Source: Malacoraja senta
Taxonomy: Eukaryota
DNA: 64,000 nt
Assembly (NCBI GenBank): GCA_038087875.1
Contig: CM075994.1
Location: 11,348,001 to 11,412,000 of the forward strand
Direction of reading: 5' to 3'
Position numbers and translations under genes: made by a program. Positions 50,804 to 64,000 of this stretch are shown here, in pieces. The notes beneath the pieces were generated by a model. That model was not told the origin of the DNA. It worked only from the letters and a program-made list of their open reading frames with translations, and ran no database searches. Numbering within the stretch: position 1 is the first letter of the stretch; the number at the start of each line of letters is the position of its first letter.

Positions 50804-51528
50804 ATGCGGCGATCTATCTGCAAGGCCGTGGGTCTGCTGTGGCTACTGGCAGGTACACAGCACATCAGCACAACTGGCAGTTTACGCCAAACGTCCGTGT
50901 TGGATTTAACCTGTTCAGTTCAGCTTAGTATATCGTCACGTGAAAAGCTTTTGTTGTGTGCTAACCAGTCAGCGGAAAGACAACATATGTTTACACTCAA
51001 GCCATATAAAATGTATAGATACATGATAATGGATCTGCAGTTGGGGTCAGCATCTGCAGTTGCTTCCTACACTTAAACAAGAGGGCGTGGGTTTAAGGTG
51101 AGAGTTGTCAGGTTCAATAGGTATGTGAGGGGCAATGTTTTATTGCGGATGGTCCTTGTTGTGTTGCAGCCCTCCACACTGCGGCGATATGCAGAGCAGG
51201 AACGGCAGCCACCGCGGGCTCCATCACCACCGTCCCCGTGGGTGGGACGGTGAGATTTCCCCTCCTGCACCACAGTCAGGAGATGTTCAAGGTGACCCGG
51301 GGCGGATCTCTCCCAATCATCGAATCCTGGCCTGGAAGTCTGACAGCCCGGAGTATCCGTACATGGTCCGCCCGTCATACCGGGACAGGGTCTGCTTCCA
51401 ACCGGACGCCTTCATCGAGGTGCTGGCCGTGAGGCCGGGCGACCAGGGGACGTACGAGGTGCAGACAAACTACTTTGGGGGTGAGCTGAGGAACCGTGAC
51501 CGGGAGCGCTTTGTGCTGCACGTGGTCG
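50804..51528 (+). CDS. Ig-superfamily surface protein (CD2/SLAM/CEACAM/HEPACAM-like): signal-peptide exon 50804-50852 and V-set exon 51170-51528, with a 1-nt frameshift in this assembly
   Basis: MRRSICKAVGLLWLLA then a phase-1 GT donor; acceptor gttgcag; VPVGGTVRFPL (A'-B strands), YRDRV (D), EVLAVRPGDQGTYEVQ (E-F, DxGxY), FVLHVV then gtgagt. No canonical B/F cysteines. Confidence 0.72.
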
Positions 51529-52202
51529 GTGAGTAGCGCCGTGGGGAGTGGTGCCCCACCCGGTCTAGCCCTTCGGCCCACATGGTCCATGCTGACCCAG
51601 TGGGGCATTCTGGCCGAGTCCTATTTCCTGCACGCAGCACTCTAAACCCTTCCTTTCGGTAGGGTTTCATACAAATAAAATACAGCAGATCACACAAAAT
51701 ACATTACAACATAAAAATCCACCACAGTGACTCCTCCACATTCCTCACTGTGATGGAAGGCAAACACAGTTCAGTATCTTCCCTTCTTTGTTCTCCCGCG
51801 GTCGGCGGTCTTAAGCCTTCCGTAGACGGGACGAACTTGACTCCCGCAGCCCGCGGCGGGCCCTCCGCGTCGGGCGATCAAGCCCCTGCATCGGGAGGGA
51901 CCTCAGCTCCCTGCGCCGGGCGATCGGACCACGGGTCGGGGCTGGTTGAAACCTTCTGCGACTTTGGAGTTCCCGACTCGGTCTCTACCCGAGACTGCGA
52001 GCTTCGCGATGTTGAAATCCGCAGTTCGCGGTTGGAGCGTCGATCCCAGGCAAGGGATCGGTTCCGATGGAGGCGCTCAAAGTCAATCCCGAGCAAGGCC
52101 ATCAGCTCCATGGTGTTAGGCCGCAGAGCGACCGGAGATACGACGCGGAAAACAATCGCATCTCTGGCAAGGTAAGAGATTGGAAAAAAAAGACGTCGGG
52201 AG

Positions 52203-52402
52203 NNNNNNNNNNNNNNNNNNNNNNNNNNNNNNNNNNNNNNNNNNNNNNNNNNNNNNNNNNNNNNNNNNNNNNNNNNNNNNNNNNNNNNNNNNNNNNNNNN
52301 NNNNNNNNNNNNNNNNNNNNNNNNNNNNNNNNNNNNNNNNNNNNNNNNNNNNNNNNNNNNNNNNNNNNNNNNNNNNNNNNNNNNNNNNNNNNNNNNNNNN
52401 NN
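52203..52402. other. Assembly gap (200 N)
   Basis: Run of N. Confidence 1.
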
Positions 52403-53326
52403 AAGTTGGGATGTAATGTTAAAATTGTACAAGGCATTGGTGAGGCCAATTCTGGAGTATGGAGTACAATTTGGTCGCTAATTATAGGAAGGATATCAAC
52501 AAAATAGAGAGAGTACAGAGGAGATTTACTAGAATGTTGCCTGGGTTTCAGAACTAAGTTACAGAGAAAGGTTGAACAGGTTAGGTCTTTATTCTTTGGA
52601 GCGCAGAAGGTTAAGAGGGGACTTGATAGAGGTCTTTAAAATTATGAGCGGGATAGACAGAGTTGACGTGGATAAGCTTTTTCCATTGAGAGTAGGGAAG
52701 ATTCAAACAAGGGGACATGATTTGAGAATTAAGGTAACATGAGGGGGAACTTCTTTACTCAGAGAGTGGTGGCTGTGTGGAACGAGCTTCCAGTGGAAGT
52801 GGTGGAGGCTGGTTCGATTTTATCCTTTAAAAATAGATTGGATGGGTATATGGACGGGAAAGGAATGGAGGGTTATGGTCTGAGTGCAGGTAGATGGGAC
52901 TAGGGGGAAGTATTTATTTATTTATTATTATTTTTTTTTTAAACGTTCGGCACGGACTTGAAGGGCCGAGATGGCTTGTTTCCATGCTGTAATGGTTATA
53001 TGGTTATATGGTTATAGGTGAAAGTGCACATTCACACAATGGTGGGTGACATTTGTGAAATAAATGCCACATTTACCAGTGATTCAGAACTGGGTCAATC
53101 TTCCCTCTGTCCCTGCAATGTGCTGCTGTTGTTCCAAACTAAATGGCTTCCCTCATAAACTATGGGAGCTCAGCACTGCCTGCAAGCTCCTTGGGAAAGA
53201 GTTGATGTAATCTCAGTTGGGAAAGAGGGATTATCAAAGGCTTGTAGCAAACTATGTGAAATTCCCAAAGTCGTGACGAGGAAAGTCCATCTCATTTAAT
53301 TGCGATTTGTGTTTTATTTCTTGCAG

Positions 53327-56300
53327 GAGGAAGCTGGTTGCAAGATGAGGTAGGACATGCTCCGTCCTGAAAGATTTTGTAGAACAGCTCAAAAACATGC
53401 TGTTGCTCGATTTATAACCAGTCCTTAAATATTTGCAGGGTTGATGATGACGCCAAATCACTGAAAGTTGTAGATGGTGCCTTGCCGATCGAAAGATTTG
53501 ATAACCCTTTTATGCTCAACACCGTATTAAGAGAAACAATTGATGTCGCAAAGCAAGGTAAATCTTAATCCCTTTCTCTTGTAGTTCGATGTGAAAAATA
53601 CTGCGGCTATTCACCTTATCTGTGCACCTTGTATAAATCTGATACATGTCTATAAAGGCAGCCTGATCGGCTCCAAAGACAAATGTTCCCACCTGCGCAA
53701 GCTCACCTGATCTTCCAGACCCGATAGAATCCTCGTAAATCTTCTTCCAACCTCTCCAGTTTGCCAACAACATTTTTGTGTCAAACACTGTATTTAATTT
53801 CGTGACATGTGGAAGCATGAGTGACACACACATTCTTCACCACCCTGTCTGTCACTTTTGCATCTTCCATGGCCCTGTGTACCTGCAGCCCGAGATCTCT
53901 CAGTTCAATAAAGTTCCCTGTTTACTGTGTATGTCCTGCCGTGGTTTGTCTCAGCAAAGTGCATCACCTCACCTTCACATGAATAAATCCCACCTGCCGT
54001 TCCTGAGCCCAGTGGCCCAGTTCACAGGGATCCCATTTACTCTCAGATAACCTTCTTCACTCTCTACAATGTCACCAATTTAGCTCCATCTACAAACTGA
54101 CTAACCGTGCAACCTACATACACACCCAATAGTGTTAATAAATAAGGAACAGCAGTGGACTCTGTCTCCAGTCTGAAAAACGACCCTCTACCAACATCCT
54201 CTGCCTGCGACCTTCTGGTAAATGTTGTATTCCATCGGCTAGTTCACCCCGGATTCCATGAGATTCAACCTTCCAGAGCGGCCTCTCTTGCGGTGTGTAG
54301 ATGTTACATCTCTCAGAGGGCAGTGAATATCTGGAATATTGTTCCCACGATGGTGGTGAAAAGCTGATTTATTGGATATCTGCAACGTGGCTAAAATAAA
54401 TATTTGATAGATGGAAAAATTAAGATTATGGGGAACTCACACAGAAGAGGAATTGGTGCCAGCTGAGATCAGCCATGATCACATTGAATAGAGGGGCAAG
54501 CCTGAGGAGCCGATCCTAATCCTGCTCCTGTTTCCTTGTGTTCATATGCTCCTGTGTACCAATAAATTGACAGACTTGACACAGAGGAAATGCAGCAAAG
54601 ATTAACAATACTTATTTCTATGACAATGAGTTTGCAGAGCGGGGTGAGATTGAGTAGACTAGGCCTGTGTACTCGAGAGTTTGGGTGTATAGGAGGAGAT
54701 CTCAGTGAAACACTAAATTCTTAGAGGGCTTAGTGGGCAGGATGCAAGGAGAATGTTTCCCCTATCTGAGTGGTCTGGAGAACGGGCACCCTCTCAGAAT
54801 GTGGGCTGCACCATGTAGGACAGAGATAAGGAGACATTACTGCACGCAGAGACTGGGGAACCTTTGGAATTCCCTGCGCCGGTGACCGAGATTACTCGGT
54901 CATTGAGTGCTCTTGGAGCTGAAAGCCATGGTTGTACATTACAGAATCAGGCCCTTCGGCACATAACGTCCATGACCACCTTTTCCCCAGCTACAGTAAT
55001 AGATTTGTTCACATTACATCGGTATTTTTCTGCACCTCACCTATTTGTGCCTCAAATATAGTGATTATATCTCACTCCACCGCCTCCTCTGTAGCATGTT
55101 CCAGATATCACCCACTCTCAGTGTAAAGACAACTTCCAACAGAACCACTTTAAAATTCCTTGCTCAAAAAATAAACCTGCACTCTCTTGATCTGATATCC
55201 ATGCATGCGAATACGATTTTGATAATTTACCCGATATCCTGCTGCAGATTTTGCAAACCTTCCCTGCTATCCACATTTTTTGCGTCCTGCACAAACTTAT
55301 AATCACACCTCCTACATTCACATCCAAGCCATGAACATAGAACATAAACAGCAAAGGTTGCAGCACCGATCTCTGCTGCACTCCACCAGTCACAGACCTC
55401 CAAGCAGAAAAATCACTTCTACCGCTATCTTCTACCTTCAACCACCAAGCCAATTTTGGATCCATTTCACCAGCTCCCCTTGGATCCCACCTCCCTTCAC
55501 TTTCTGGACCAGGCTTACATGCGAAACATTGTCAAGTCCCTCGGTTAAGTTCATATATTGGTTCACAATGAGATCAGTGTGCTCTTGTACACACGCATCA
55601 AATCCACCCGTGAATCCCCTCTCTTTCAGCGACCCTACAACTACAACTCTCCACTCATATGTCTATCACCCGATCATTCAACCTCTGCTTCCTTCCAAGG
55701 TCCAAGCCACCCCTCCCTATCTCTCACCCTCCACTCAAAGAAGGTCAGATCATCTGGCCCCACATGTCTTCCCCCATTCACTATGATCATGGTGACTCCA
55801 CACCACACCTCTACCTCCTCTTTAACACCCTCAAATTACCACTCACGTCAGATATGCTCTTGCTCAAATATGCCTCCATATCTGAATAGCCCGCTTCATT
55901 ACTCCATCCCCACCGCAATCTCGCAATCTCGCAATCCTCCCCATTCTCCGCACTCATCCTTCCCGTCCACCCCCCCCGCCTCACGGAATTCCCCACTCCA
56001 TTCCGGATAAAAACTCATGGAGAGATGTCTGTTGTCTATCCGATGTGGTTGTGGGTGAAACTCGGTCAAGGTTTCCGTTGTCCACCCGCCTATGCCTGAG
56101 GCCGAGCGGCTTCACCCCCGGGTCCGCGTTGCCCGAGTCTCCCCCCGACCCCCGAGGACTCTCTGATTCTCTGCTTCTCCCCCCAGTCTCCGTCACCCTG
56201 GATGTGGAAACAGCGCATCCGGAGCTCGAGGTGTCTGAGGATCGAATGAGCGTGAGACTGACCCGGACCCGGAGGAGTCTCCCTGACACCGTGAAAAGGT

Positions 56301-56716
56301 TTACAGTCTGGATGTATGTGCTGGCATCGGAGGGATTCACATCGGGGAGACATTACTGGGAGGTGGAGGTGACGGGGGGTCGGGGATGGTGTCTGGGAGT
56401 TGCTGCAGAGTCTGTGGCGAGGAATAGATGGGTCACACTGAGCCCGGAGACTGGAGTCTGGAGCATCAGGCGGTGGGTTGACGTGTTTGATACACTCACC
56501 TCCCCTCCATCCCCTCTCCCCGCCCGTCTCTTCCCCGGGAGGGTGGGAGTTTCTCTCAGTTACGAGTCCGGGACAGTTTCATTTTACGACGCGGACACCA
56601 AGTCCAATCTCCACACCTTCACTGGGAATAAATTCACGGAGAAACTTTATCCTTTCTTCGAAACTTGGGATATAAACTGGTTGAGAATCTGCTCCGGTCA
56701 CGCTCCGGGTGTGTAA
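53327..56716 (+). CDS. TRIM gene, second copy, 3' exons only: 53327-53349, 53439-53557, 56187-56716 (intact PRY/SPRY)
   Basis: GT-AG exons of 23/119/530 bp; uninterrupted B30.2 to KLYPFF..RICSGHAPGV*; aataaa near 56853 and 56890. Exons 1-3 are absent or in the gap. Confidence 0.85.
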
Positions 56717-56960
56717 AACGGTCGGTCCCGGGACCGGCGTCAGGAGCGGGGCTCAGGGGCTGTGGGGCAGAAACCCGGTGGACAACAGGTCGGCGCTGAA
56801 CGGCTCCATTTAATCCCCAAATTCCGCATCGTAAAACCCCGGTGAGCGCGGAAATAAATCCAGGGGGAATGTTAATGTGGGAAGAGTGAAATAAACAGCA
56901 ACTGAAGTCAGAGCTGTCGATCCGTTCATTTCAACGCGTTAACTGCGTCACCTCTTGGTT

Positions 56961-56980
56961 CGGCCACTAGATGGCAGCAA
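56961..56980 (+). promoter_or_regulatory. CTCF-consensus motif (mirror copy)
   Basis: cggCCACTAGATGGCAGCaa. Confidence 0.6.
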
Positions 56981-59900
56981 AGCCACATGGTGCGACCACA
57001 GACCAGCTGTAACTTTGAGAACTAACTTTGACAATTGCAGAAACAGCGGAAATCTGATTTAATAAGTGACTTTTGCGACCTGTTACCACACCTGCGGCTC
57101 AAACCAAATGCACGGCTTAAAATGTGGAATAAAAGCAGACATTGCCCCAAATGATCAGCAGGTCAGGCAGCATCTGCAAGGTGAAACAGACCTTACATTT
57201 CAGATCTAATACTGATGACGAATGGTGTTCAACCTGAGTCATTAACTCTGTTTCTCTCTCCACAGACGCTACCGTCCAGCCGAGTATTTCTCGCATCTCA
57301 TTTTATATTTTCAGCATCTGCCAATTCCAGAGATGATGCCTGACCCCCTGAGTTACTCCGGCACTTTGTGTCTACCCCTCCAAACCTTTCCAGTCTGTGT
57401 GTCTGCCCTAATTTCTTTTCATTGTTGTCCATTTGGGAACGCTTGTGCCTCAGATGGGTATTAGGGTGCCGTCTGTACGGAGTATGTACGTTCTCCCCGT
57501 GACCTGCGTGGGTTTTCACCGGGTGCTCCGGTTTCCACCCACACTCCAAAGACATTCGGTAAAATTGTAAATTGTCCTTACTGTGTGTGGGATAGTGCTG
57601 TTGTGCAGGGATCGGTGGTCGGTGCGGATTCGGTGGGCCGAAGGGATTGTTTCCGTGCTATATAGAGGAAGATATTATAGAAGAAGCGGATTTGACTTTT
57701 TGCCTTCCATCACAGTGAGTAATGTTGGGAATCCGCTGTGGTGGATGTTTATGTTAACTTTTATGCACGTGTGTGTCTTGTTGCTTTTTTTGGTATGGCT
57801 GTATGGTAATTCGCATATCACTCTACCTTCATTGGTACATTGACAATAAAAGACTTTTGAAACCTATATCTCTAAAACTTGCTAAAGTTTACTTGGAGAA
57901 TTTAATGCTTTCGTTCTAGCTCTCGTTCAGACCATATTTGTTTCTGATTATCGTGTAATCAAGATCTATTATGCCATCTGCCAGCCTGATTCTCTCCTCA
58001 CTTATACCTCAATCATCCCCTTTAACATCTTCAGACTTTAAACTCAAAGCTTGTCTCTAACTGATTTCTGAAGATAGACACAAAAGGCTGGAGCAAATCT
58101 GCGGGACATGCAGCATCTCTAGAGAGAATGAATGGGTGACGTTTCGGGTCGAGACCCTTCTTCAGACTCTATCTTCGACTTAAACCAGCATCTGCAGTTC
58201 CTTCCTACACACGAGTCGATTCTGACCGTTTGAAGAAAGGTCTTGACCCGAAACGTCATCCATTCTTTCTCTCCAGAGATGCTGCCTGTCCCGCTAAGTT
58301 ACACCAGCAATTTGTGTTCATATTCGGTTTAAACCAGCACCTACAGTTCCTTCCTACACATACCGACTGATTATTGTTCACTTCAGCTTTGATGGCAACC
58401 GGTATTATGGAAGCAAGACTCTTGCAGGGCCTCGAGTAAACAAAGCTCTATTGTTCTGCTAAACCGATATCCACGATTGCCCCAAGCTGACCTACAGCCC
58501 TTTATTAATTGGTAGCCTTAATTCTGGGCTGTGAAAATCTCCTGTAACTGCAACTTATCCTGTCATCCTAAAGTTAATTTCAGTTGAGTTTATTGTCACG
58601 TGTACCGAGGTAGGGTGAAAAGCTTTTGTTGCGTGCCAACCAGTCAGCAGAAAGACATACATGATTACAATCGAACCATTGACAGTGTATAGATACATGA
58701 TAAGGGAATAATGTTTAGCGCAAGGTAACGCCAGCAAAGGCTGATCAAGGAAAGCCTGAGGGTGCACAGATACAGGATAAAGGGAATAACGTCTACAGCA
58801 AGATAAAGTCCAGTTAAGTCTGGTTAAAGATAGTCCGAGTTCAGTTCCAAGTATTTAACATAGAACATAGAATAGTACAGCTCAGAACAGACCATTTGTT
58901 TAGTTTCTTAAGATGTACACAAAATGGTGGAGTAACTCAGTGGTACAGGCAACATCTCTAGATAGAAGAAATTGGTGACGTTTCAGGTCGAGTTTAGCTT
59001 AGATATACAGGGCGGAAAAGGACCCTTTGGCCCACCGAATCCACGCTGACCAGCGATCCCCGCACAATTACACTATCCTAAACACACTCGGGACAATTTA
59101 CAATGATTCCAAGCTAATTAACGTACGTCTTTGGAGTGTCTGGAATTCACTGGATGTTTTACCACCAGGTGGCTGCGAACAATCGCTGCCTCGCCAACGG
59201 TCGGTCTTCGTCTTTTTCCTTCTTTGTGTTTTTGTTTGTTGTAAATTGTATGTTTTAGTTTATCTTTAGTTTTGTGTTGTGTTTGTGTGGGGGTGGGGGG
59301 GGGGGGGTGGGGGAGGATACGCCTTTTAAAAATCTCTTTCCTTGACGGAGATGTGACTTTTTCTGTGTCTTATTTCCGTCCGCACTGCGGCCCTAACATC
59401 GTGGAGTTGGCGGCTGGGACTCGGATTCCAACGCGGATTCTGTGGACTTTAACATCTCGGAGCGGGCGATCCCTTTGTCAGGGGTCGGCCTTTGGTGCTC
59501 CAACCTGAGGGAGCTGCGGACTTTAACATCATGGAGCTCGCGGTCCCTTGTTAGGAACCGACTTCAGGAACTCCAAACCGCGGAGATTCCTCCGCCCTGA
59601 TGCGGGAGCTTGGATCGTCCCGACGTGGGAGCTCGATCGCCGGTTGCGGGAGGAAAGGGGGAAAGAAGATAAGACGATATGGCCTTCCATCACAGTGGGG
59701 AATATGGAGGAGCCGCTGTGGTGGATGTTTATGTCAAAATTTTATGTAGTTGTGTGTCTTGTTCTTTTTTATTTGTTTGATTGTATGGCAACCAAATTCC
59801 TCGTATGTTGCAAAAGATACTTGTCTAATAAATTACAATTATGATTATGATTAACTCTCTGCAGCTTCTCTATTGACTGACGCTAACCGTCCTGCAGAGT

Positions 59901-62900
59901 ATTTCTTGGATCTTATGTCTTTATTTTGGATTTTCACCATCTGCGTTTATTAAATTTTTTCCAGTTAAATGGGTGATTGGAACGTGAGTCCGAACATAAA
60001 ATGCCAACAAAAAACAGAAAACGTTGTCGGCATTCAGCTGGTCGGGCAGTGTACAGTATCTGGAAATGGAAGGGTTCATATTTCTGAGGTAATATGGAGC
60101 AGCAGATTGAACCGCTGCCTCACGGGGCCAGAGACCCGGGTTCGATCCTGACCATGTTCACTGTTCGGAGCGTGCACATTCTCCCTGTGACCGAGTGGGT
60201 TTCCTCCGTGTGCTCCGATTTTCTCCCACATTCAAAAGACATGCGGGTTTGTAGGGTAATTGGCCCTCTGTAAATTGCCCCAAGTATGTTCGGAGTGAAC
60301 GGGAAGGTGGGATAACAGAGACCAAGTGTTAATTGGTGATCGATGGTCGATGTGGACTCGGTGGGCCGAAGGACGTACTTCCATTCTGTATCTCTAAAGT
60401 AAAGTAAGCTCCACTCTGGTCAGAAAATCAACCTTGCACTGCCGCTCAACAGATTAAAAGAAACGCCATCAATACAGCACAGGAACAGGCCCTTCAACCC
60501 AGAATGTCTAGCTTATGGAAGGACCATTCAGAAGCCTGATAACGGAGGGGAGGAGGCTGTTCCAGAGACTGGAGGACCATTCAGAAGCCTGATAACGGAG
60601 GGGAGGAGGCTGTTCCAGAGACTGGTATTAGGCGCTTTCAAGATTCTGTACCTTCTGCCCGACAAGAACAGTGAGAAGAAGGAATGACCGGGGTAGAACA
60701 ACTATTTGATTATGTTGGCTGCTTTTCCATGATGAGGGATGATCTTAGAAGAGATATTTGTCCCCCCATCTCTTACAGGGAAGACCCATCAGTAGTGATG
60801 ACTCTGCTGGGTCCTAGTGCCCCCCCCCCTCCCCCGTACAGTGAAGAGCCATCAGTAGTGATGACTCTGCTGGGTCCTAGTGCTACCCCCCTCCAACAGG
60901 GAAGATCCATCAGTAGTGATGACTCTGCTGGGCCATAGTGCCCCCTCCCCACTCCTACAGGGCAGCACCATTAGTAGTGATGACTCTGTTGGGTCCTAGT
61001 GCTCCACCCGTCTCCTACAGGGAAGATCCATCAGTAGTGATGGGTCTTCCCCTTCCTCGTCTTTTAATCGGGTTACGCCGACCGCACACCCGCCAGTTAA
61101 AATTCCCCGCTTTATTGTGGATCACAATTTCTACGAATTACGATATATAAAACTATGTAGGCTCACACAAAATGTGAATGCTAGTCTTCACAAAATATAT
61201 GCAAACATTTTCTGAGATTTCAACAAATTCCAGGCCTTGCTCCTTCGGCTCCCGGGCCCCCTTTTGGAATCCGGGCCCGGGTACGATGTACAGTACCAAG
61301 GGCCGGCCTTAGGCCGTTTGGACCGATTTTTCCAAATTGGGCCCCGCGCCCAAGGGGGGCCCCGCGTTAATTTTCCGTATTTCATATGGAAATACAAATT
61401 CGCTTTGTTAAATAAAGATTTATTTTTTTAATTTGCCATACGGATTTTTTTTTACAAAACGAACATGGATAACAACCGCTGTGAATAATAAACGATGGGT
61501 TAACTGCTACTGTAGCGGTTAACAAGTAGTTATACAATGGGTCATCAATGCATCGATCCACATTCCTCAGTAAATACGTTAAATTGTGTCACTCGCTGCC
61601 GCCGGAGCGGCCGAGACTCTGGTCTGGACCCGGGGGGGTGGGGGTATGGGAGTCTACAGGGCAGCAAGCCCCAGCACCGCAGCGAACACAGCAGGCGGGC
61701 GGTGTGTGCGTGAGTGAGGGGGGGGGGCGAGAAAGGTTCTGATTTGTATGAAATCGGCGGCGTACCGGCCCGCTCTTGGTCGGGGGGATAAAGTTAAAAG
61801 ACCTGAAGCAGAAACGAAAGACAATAATAATGTGGATAAACAGATCTGGGGTTGTGTTAACTCGTTCGGTACCGGTACAACAGCAGACCAGGTTGGAGGT
61901 TTGAGTCTGTGTTACCATTGGTGTCGGGGTTAATGTCCGGGCCTGGGTACAGGTGGGATTTAACCCTGTGTGTGTCTGTCTGTGTGTCTGTCTGTGTGCG
62001 TCTGTCTGTGTCTGTGTGTGTCTGTATGTGTCTGTGTGTGTCTCTCTGTGTGTGTGTGTGTCTGTCTGTCTGTATGTGTGTGTCTGTCTGTCTGTATGTG
62101 TGTGTCTGTCTGTGTGTGTGTGTGACTCTGTATCTGTGTATGTTTCTGTGTGTGTGTGTGTGTCTTTGTGGCCTTGTGTTTCTGTGTCTCTGTGCCTGTG
62201 TTTGTATGTCTCTATCTGCGTGTGTGTCTCTGTCTGTGTGTGTGTGGGGGAGGGGGGGCAGTGGAGAGACAGAGAGGGGGGATATTCAGTTGCAAACCAC
62301 ACTTTCTCAGTTAAGAGTTGGACACGATTACTGTCAATACGAGCAGCTCACGGAGCAGAGTCAGAATTAGAAACACTGCTCGGCTCTCACACACACACTC
62401 GTGGAGTGAACTGTAGATATAACCGTGGCTGGGGTTGAGGATTGGGGGGGAGGGAGAGAGAGAGATAATTTGAGAGAGGAGAGAGAGGAAATAGGAGAGA
62501 AAGGGAGAGAGGGGGGGGGAGAGAGAAGAAGAAATTGGAGAGAGAGAGAGAGGAAGGGGGGAGAGGGAGAGAGGGGGGGAGAGAGAATTGGAGAGAGAGA
62601 GAGAGTTCTCCCTTCTGCCTCACCACCACTGTTGGCTGCGCTTTGTGAGGTGACTGGAGACCAAAACCAGTTACCCTTTAGATCTCCCTCTCACTACCTC
62701 CCTCCCCCTCCCTCTCCCTCATTCGCTAGAGAGGGGGGGATGAGGGAAGGAAGGGGGAGAGGGAGGAGGGGAGAGAGGAGTGTGCCTTGCTTGGTGGCGA
62801 AGAGGGATGTGGGAACGCTGTACGCAGGTGGTGACTCACTCTCACACTGGGATTCCCCCCCTGTCATTGCGCAGTCTATATGACTCCATGCACCCCCCCC

Positions 62901-63178
62901 CCTCTATGTAGTGAAGGAAATATGCAACGTTTCGGGTCGAAACCCTTCTTCAGACCCGGCCCGAAACGTTGGCTATTTCCTTCGCTCCATAGATGCTGCC
63001 TCAAGCCCTGTCCCACTGTGCAAGTTGACCCAAGAGCTCTCCCGAGTTTAAAATCTCTGTGTAGCATCTCTGTCCCTATCTTCAAATTCCCACTTGGAAA
63101 TAAAATACAATTTTCGATTTAAAAATTCCGTAGCAGGATCGCGATTAGTCGATTCCCACGCATTTCAATCATCGTTCG

Positions 63179-64000
63179 TGTAAACAAGCACCAGAAACAG
63201 TGTATGATTTAAACACATCTTTAATCAGCACTGAAACTTAGCAGCGTTGAGGACAATAGGTTGTCACCTAGCTGCTCAGACTGGCAGTGCCGGGAACAAG
63301 CGTTAGTATAAGTGTTTTAGTGGGGTGGAGTTAGTGATGCTGGCTTATGTGTGATTGGTTCAAATCCATCATCAATCTACATTCTTCCCCCTAAAGATTA
63401 AATGTGGAAAGGGCACCCATACCATGAAGTTAAACATACTCGCCATATCTGTCTGGTGGTTTCTTAACACGGCCCGAGCGCGTGCGGACCTAACCATCCC
63501 CTCCCTCACCTGAAGGATGAGACGAGAACCTGGAGGCGAGAATGGCACGGGAGAGGCTTGTGGTGACCGAAAGGGGAAACATGTGGTTAGTGGAGACCGA
63601 GGGACGTGGGGGGGGGGGGTGCAAGGCATGCGGGGACGGGTGGGAGACATTGCAAAAGGCGGCTGCAACTGGAGCGGCGGAGCATAGGGATCAGCAGGTG
63701 GTGGTCGGGGCTCCTTCACAGCAAGCAGGGGTTGTCGACTTCTCCGGTATACCGCTCTCTCACAGTCCACAAGGTAGGATCGCGGCTCGTCAGTCGGGCG
63801 TACAACAGTGCCCAGACGGGAATGTCCAGTTGAAGTTCGTAGACGGACGACCTGGCCCGGCAGTAGAGGCTGGAGTGGTCTGTTTGAACTGTCGTATGGC
63901 CGTTTCTGGATGTCATGGAGACGTTTCTGGATAGTGGTGGGCTTCAGCACCCGAGGGACCAGCTGCTGTTGTGCGATGGGGACCGGAAACCTCGTCACTC
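63179..64000 (-). mobile_element. Gypsy 2 duplicate: 3' LTR (63179-63381) and integrase C-terminus
   Basis: Mirror of 35903-36715 with the same cgaac flank. Confidence 0.92.

Larger units (their letters stand above)
52403..64000. repeat. Right arm of the inverted duplication; starts at the gap and runs off the window
   Basis: Reverse complement of 35903-47499 with scattered substitutions and indels. Confidence 0.96.

Noticed and set aside
51878..52507. ORFs spanning the N run
   Set aside because: Artefacts of translating through the gap.

Overview
Eukaryotic, repeat-dense, gene-poor window, most likely from a cartilaginous fish (skate/ray). That call is inferred from HE1/V-SINE-type SINEs sharing a 3' tail with CR1 LINEs, GPR139-like GPCR remnants, and a six-exon RING-Bbox-coiled-coil-B30.2 TRIM gene. 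Mobile elements: the 5' end of one DIRS retrotransposon and a near-complete decayed second one with its ICR, two Gypsy (Mag-like) LTR elements, and CR1, Rex1/Babar, L1, Penelope-like and Helitron-like fragments. Host-gene material: four GPR139-like GPCR pseudogene segments, a disrupted TRIM gene, a partial second TRIM copy, and the first two exons of a CD2/SLAM/CEACAM-like Ig-V gene lying head-to-head with the TRIM. Large-scale structure: a near-identical 4,672-bp tandem duplication (13536-22880) and an inverted duplication of at least 11.6 kb (35903-47499 vs 52403-64000) whose right arm begins at a 200-N gap, so it may be an assembly artefact. I found no clearly new biological system. The strongest leads are the TRIM/IgV pair in the palindrome, an apparently recombinant Gypsy marking a rearrangement junction, and minimal hammerhead ribozyme motifs. 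Family calls come from motif recognition by eye, not database searches, and repeat boundaries are approximate unless stated.
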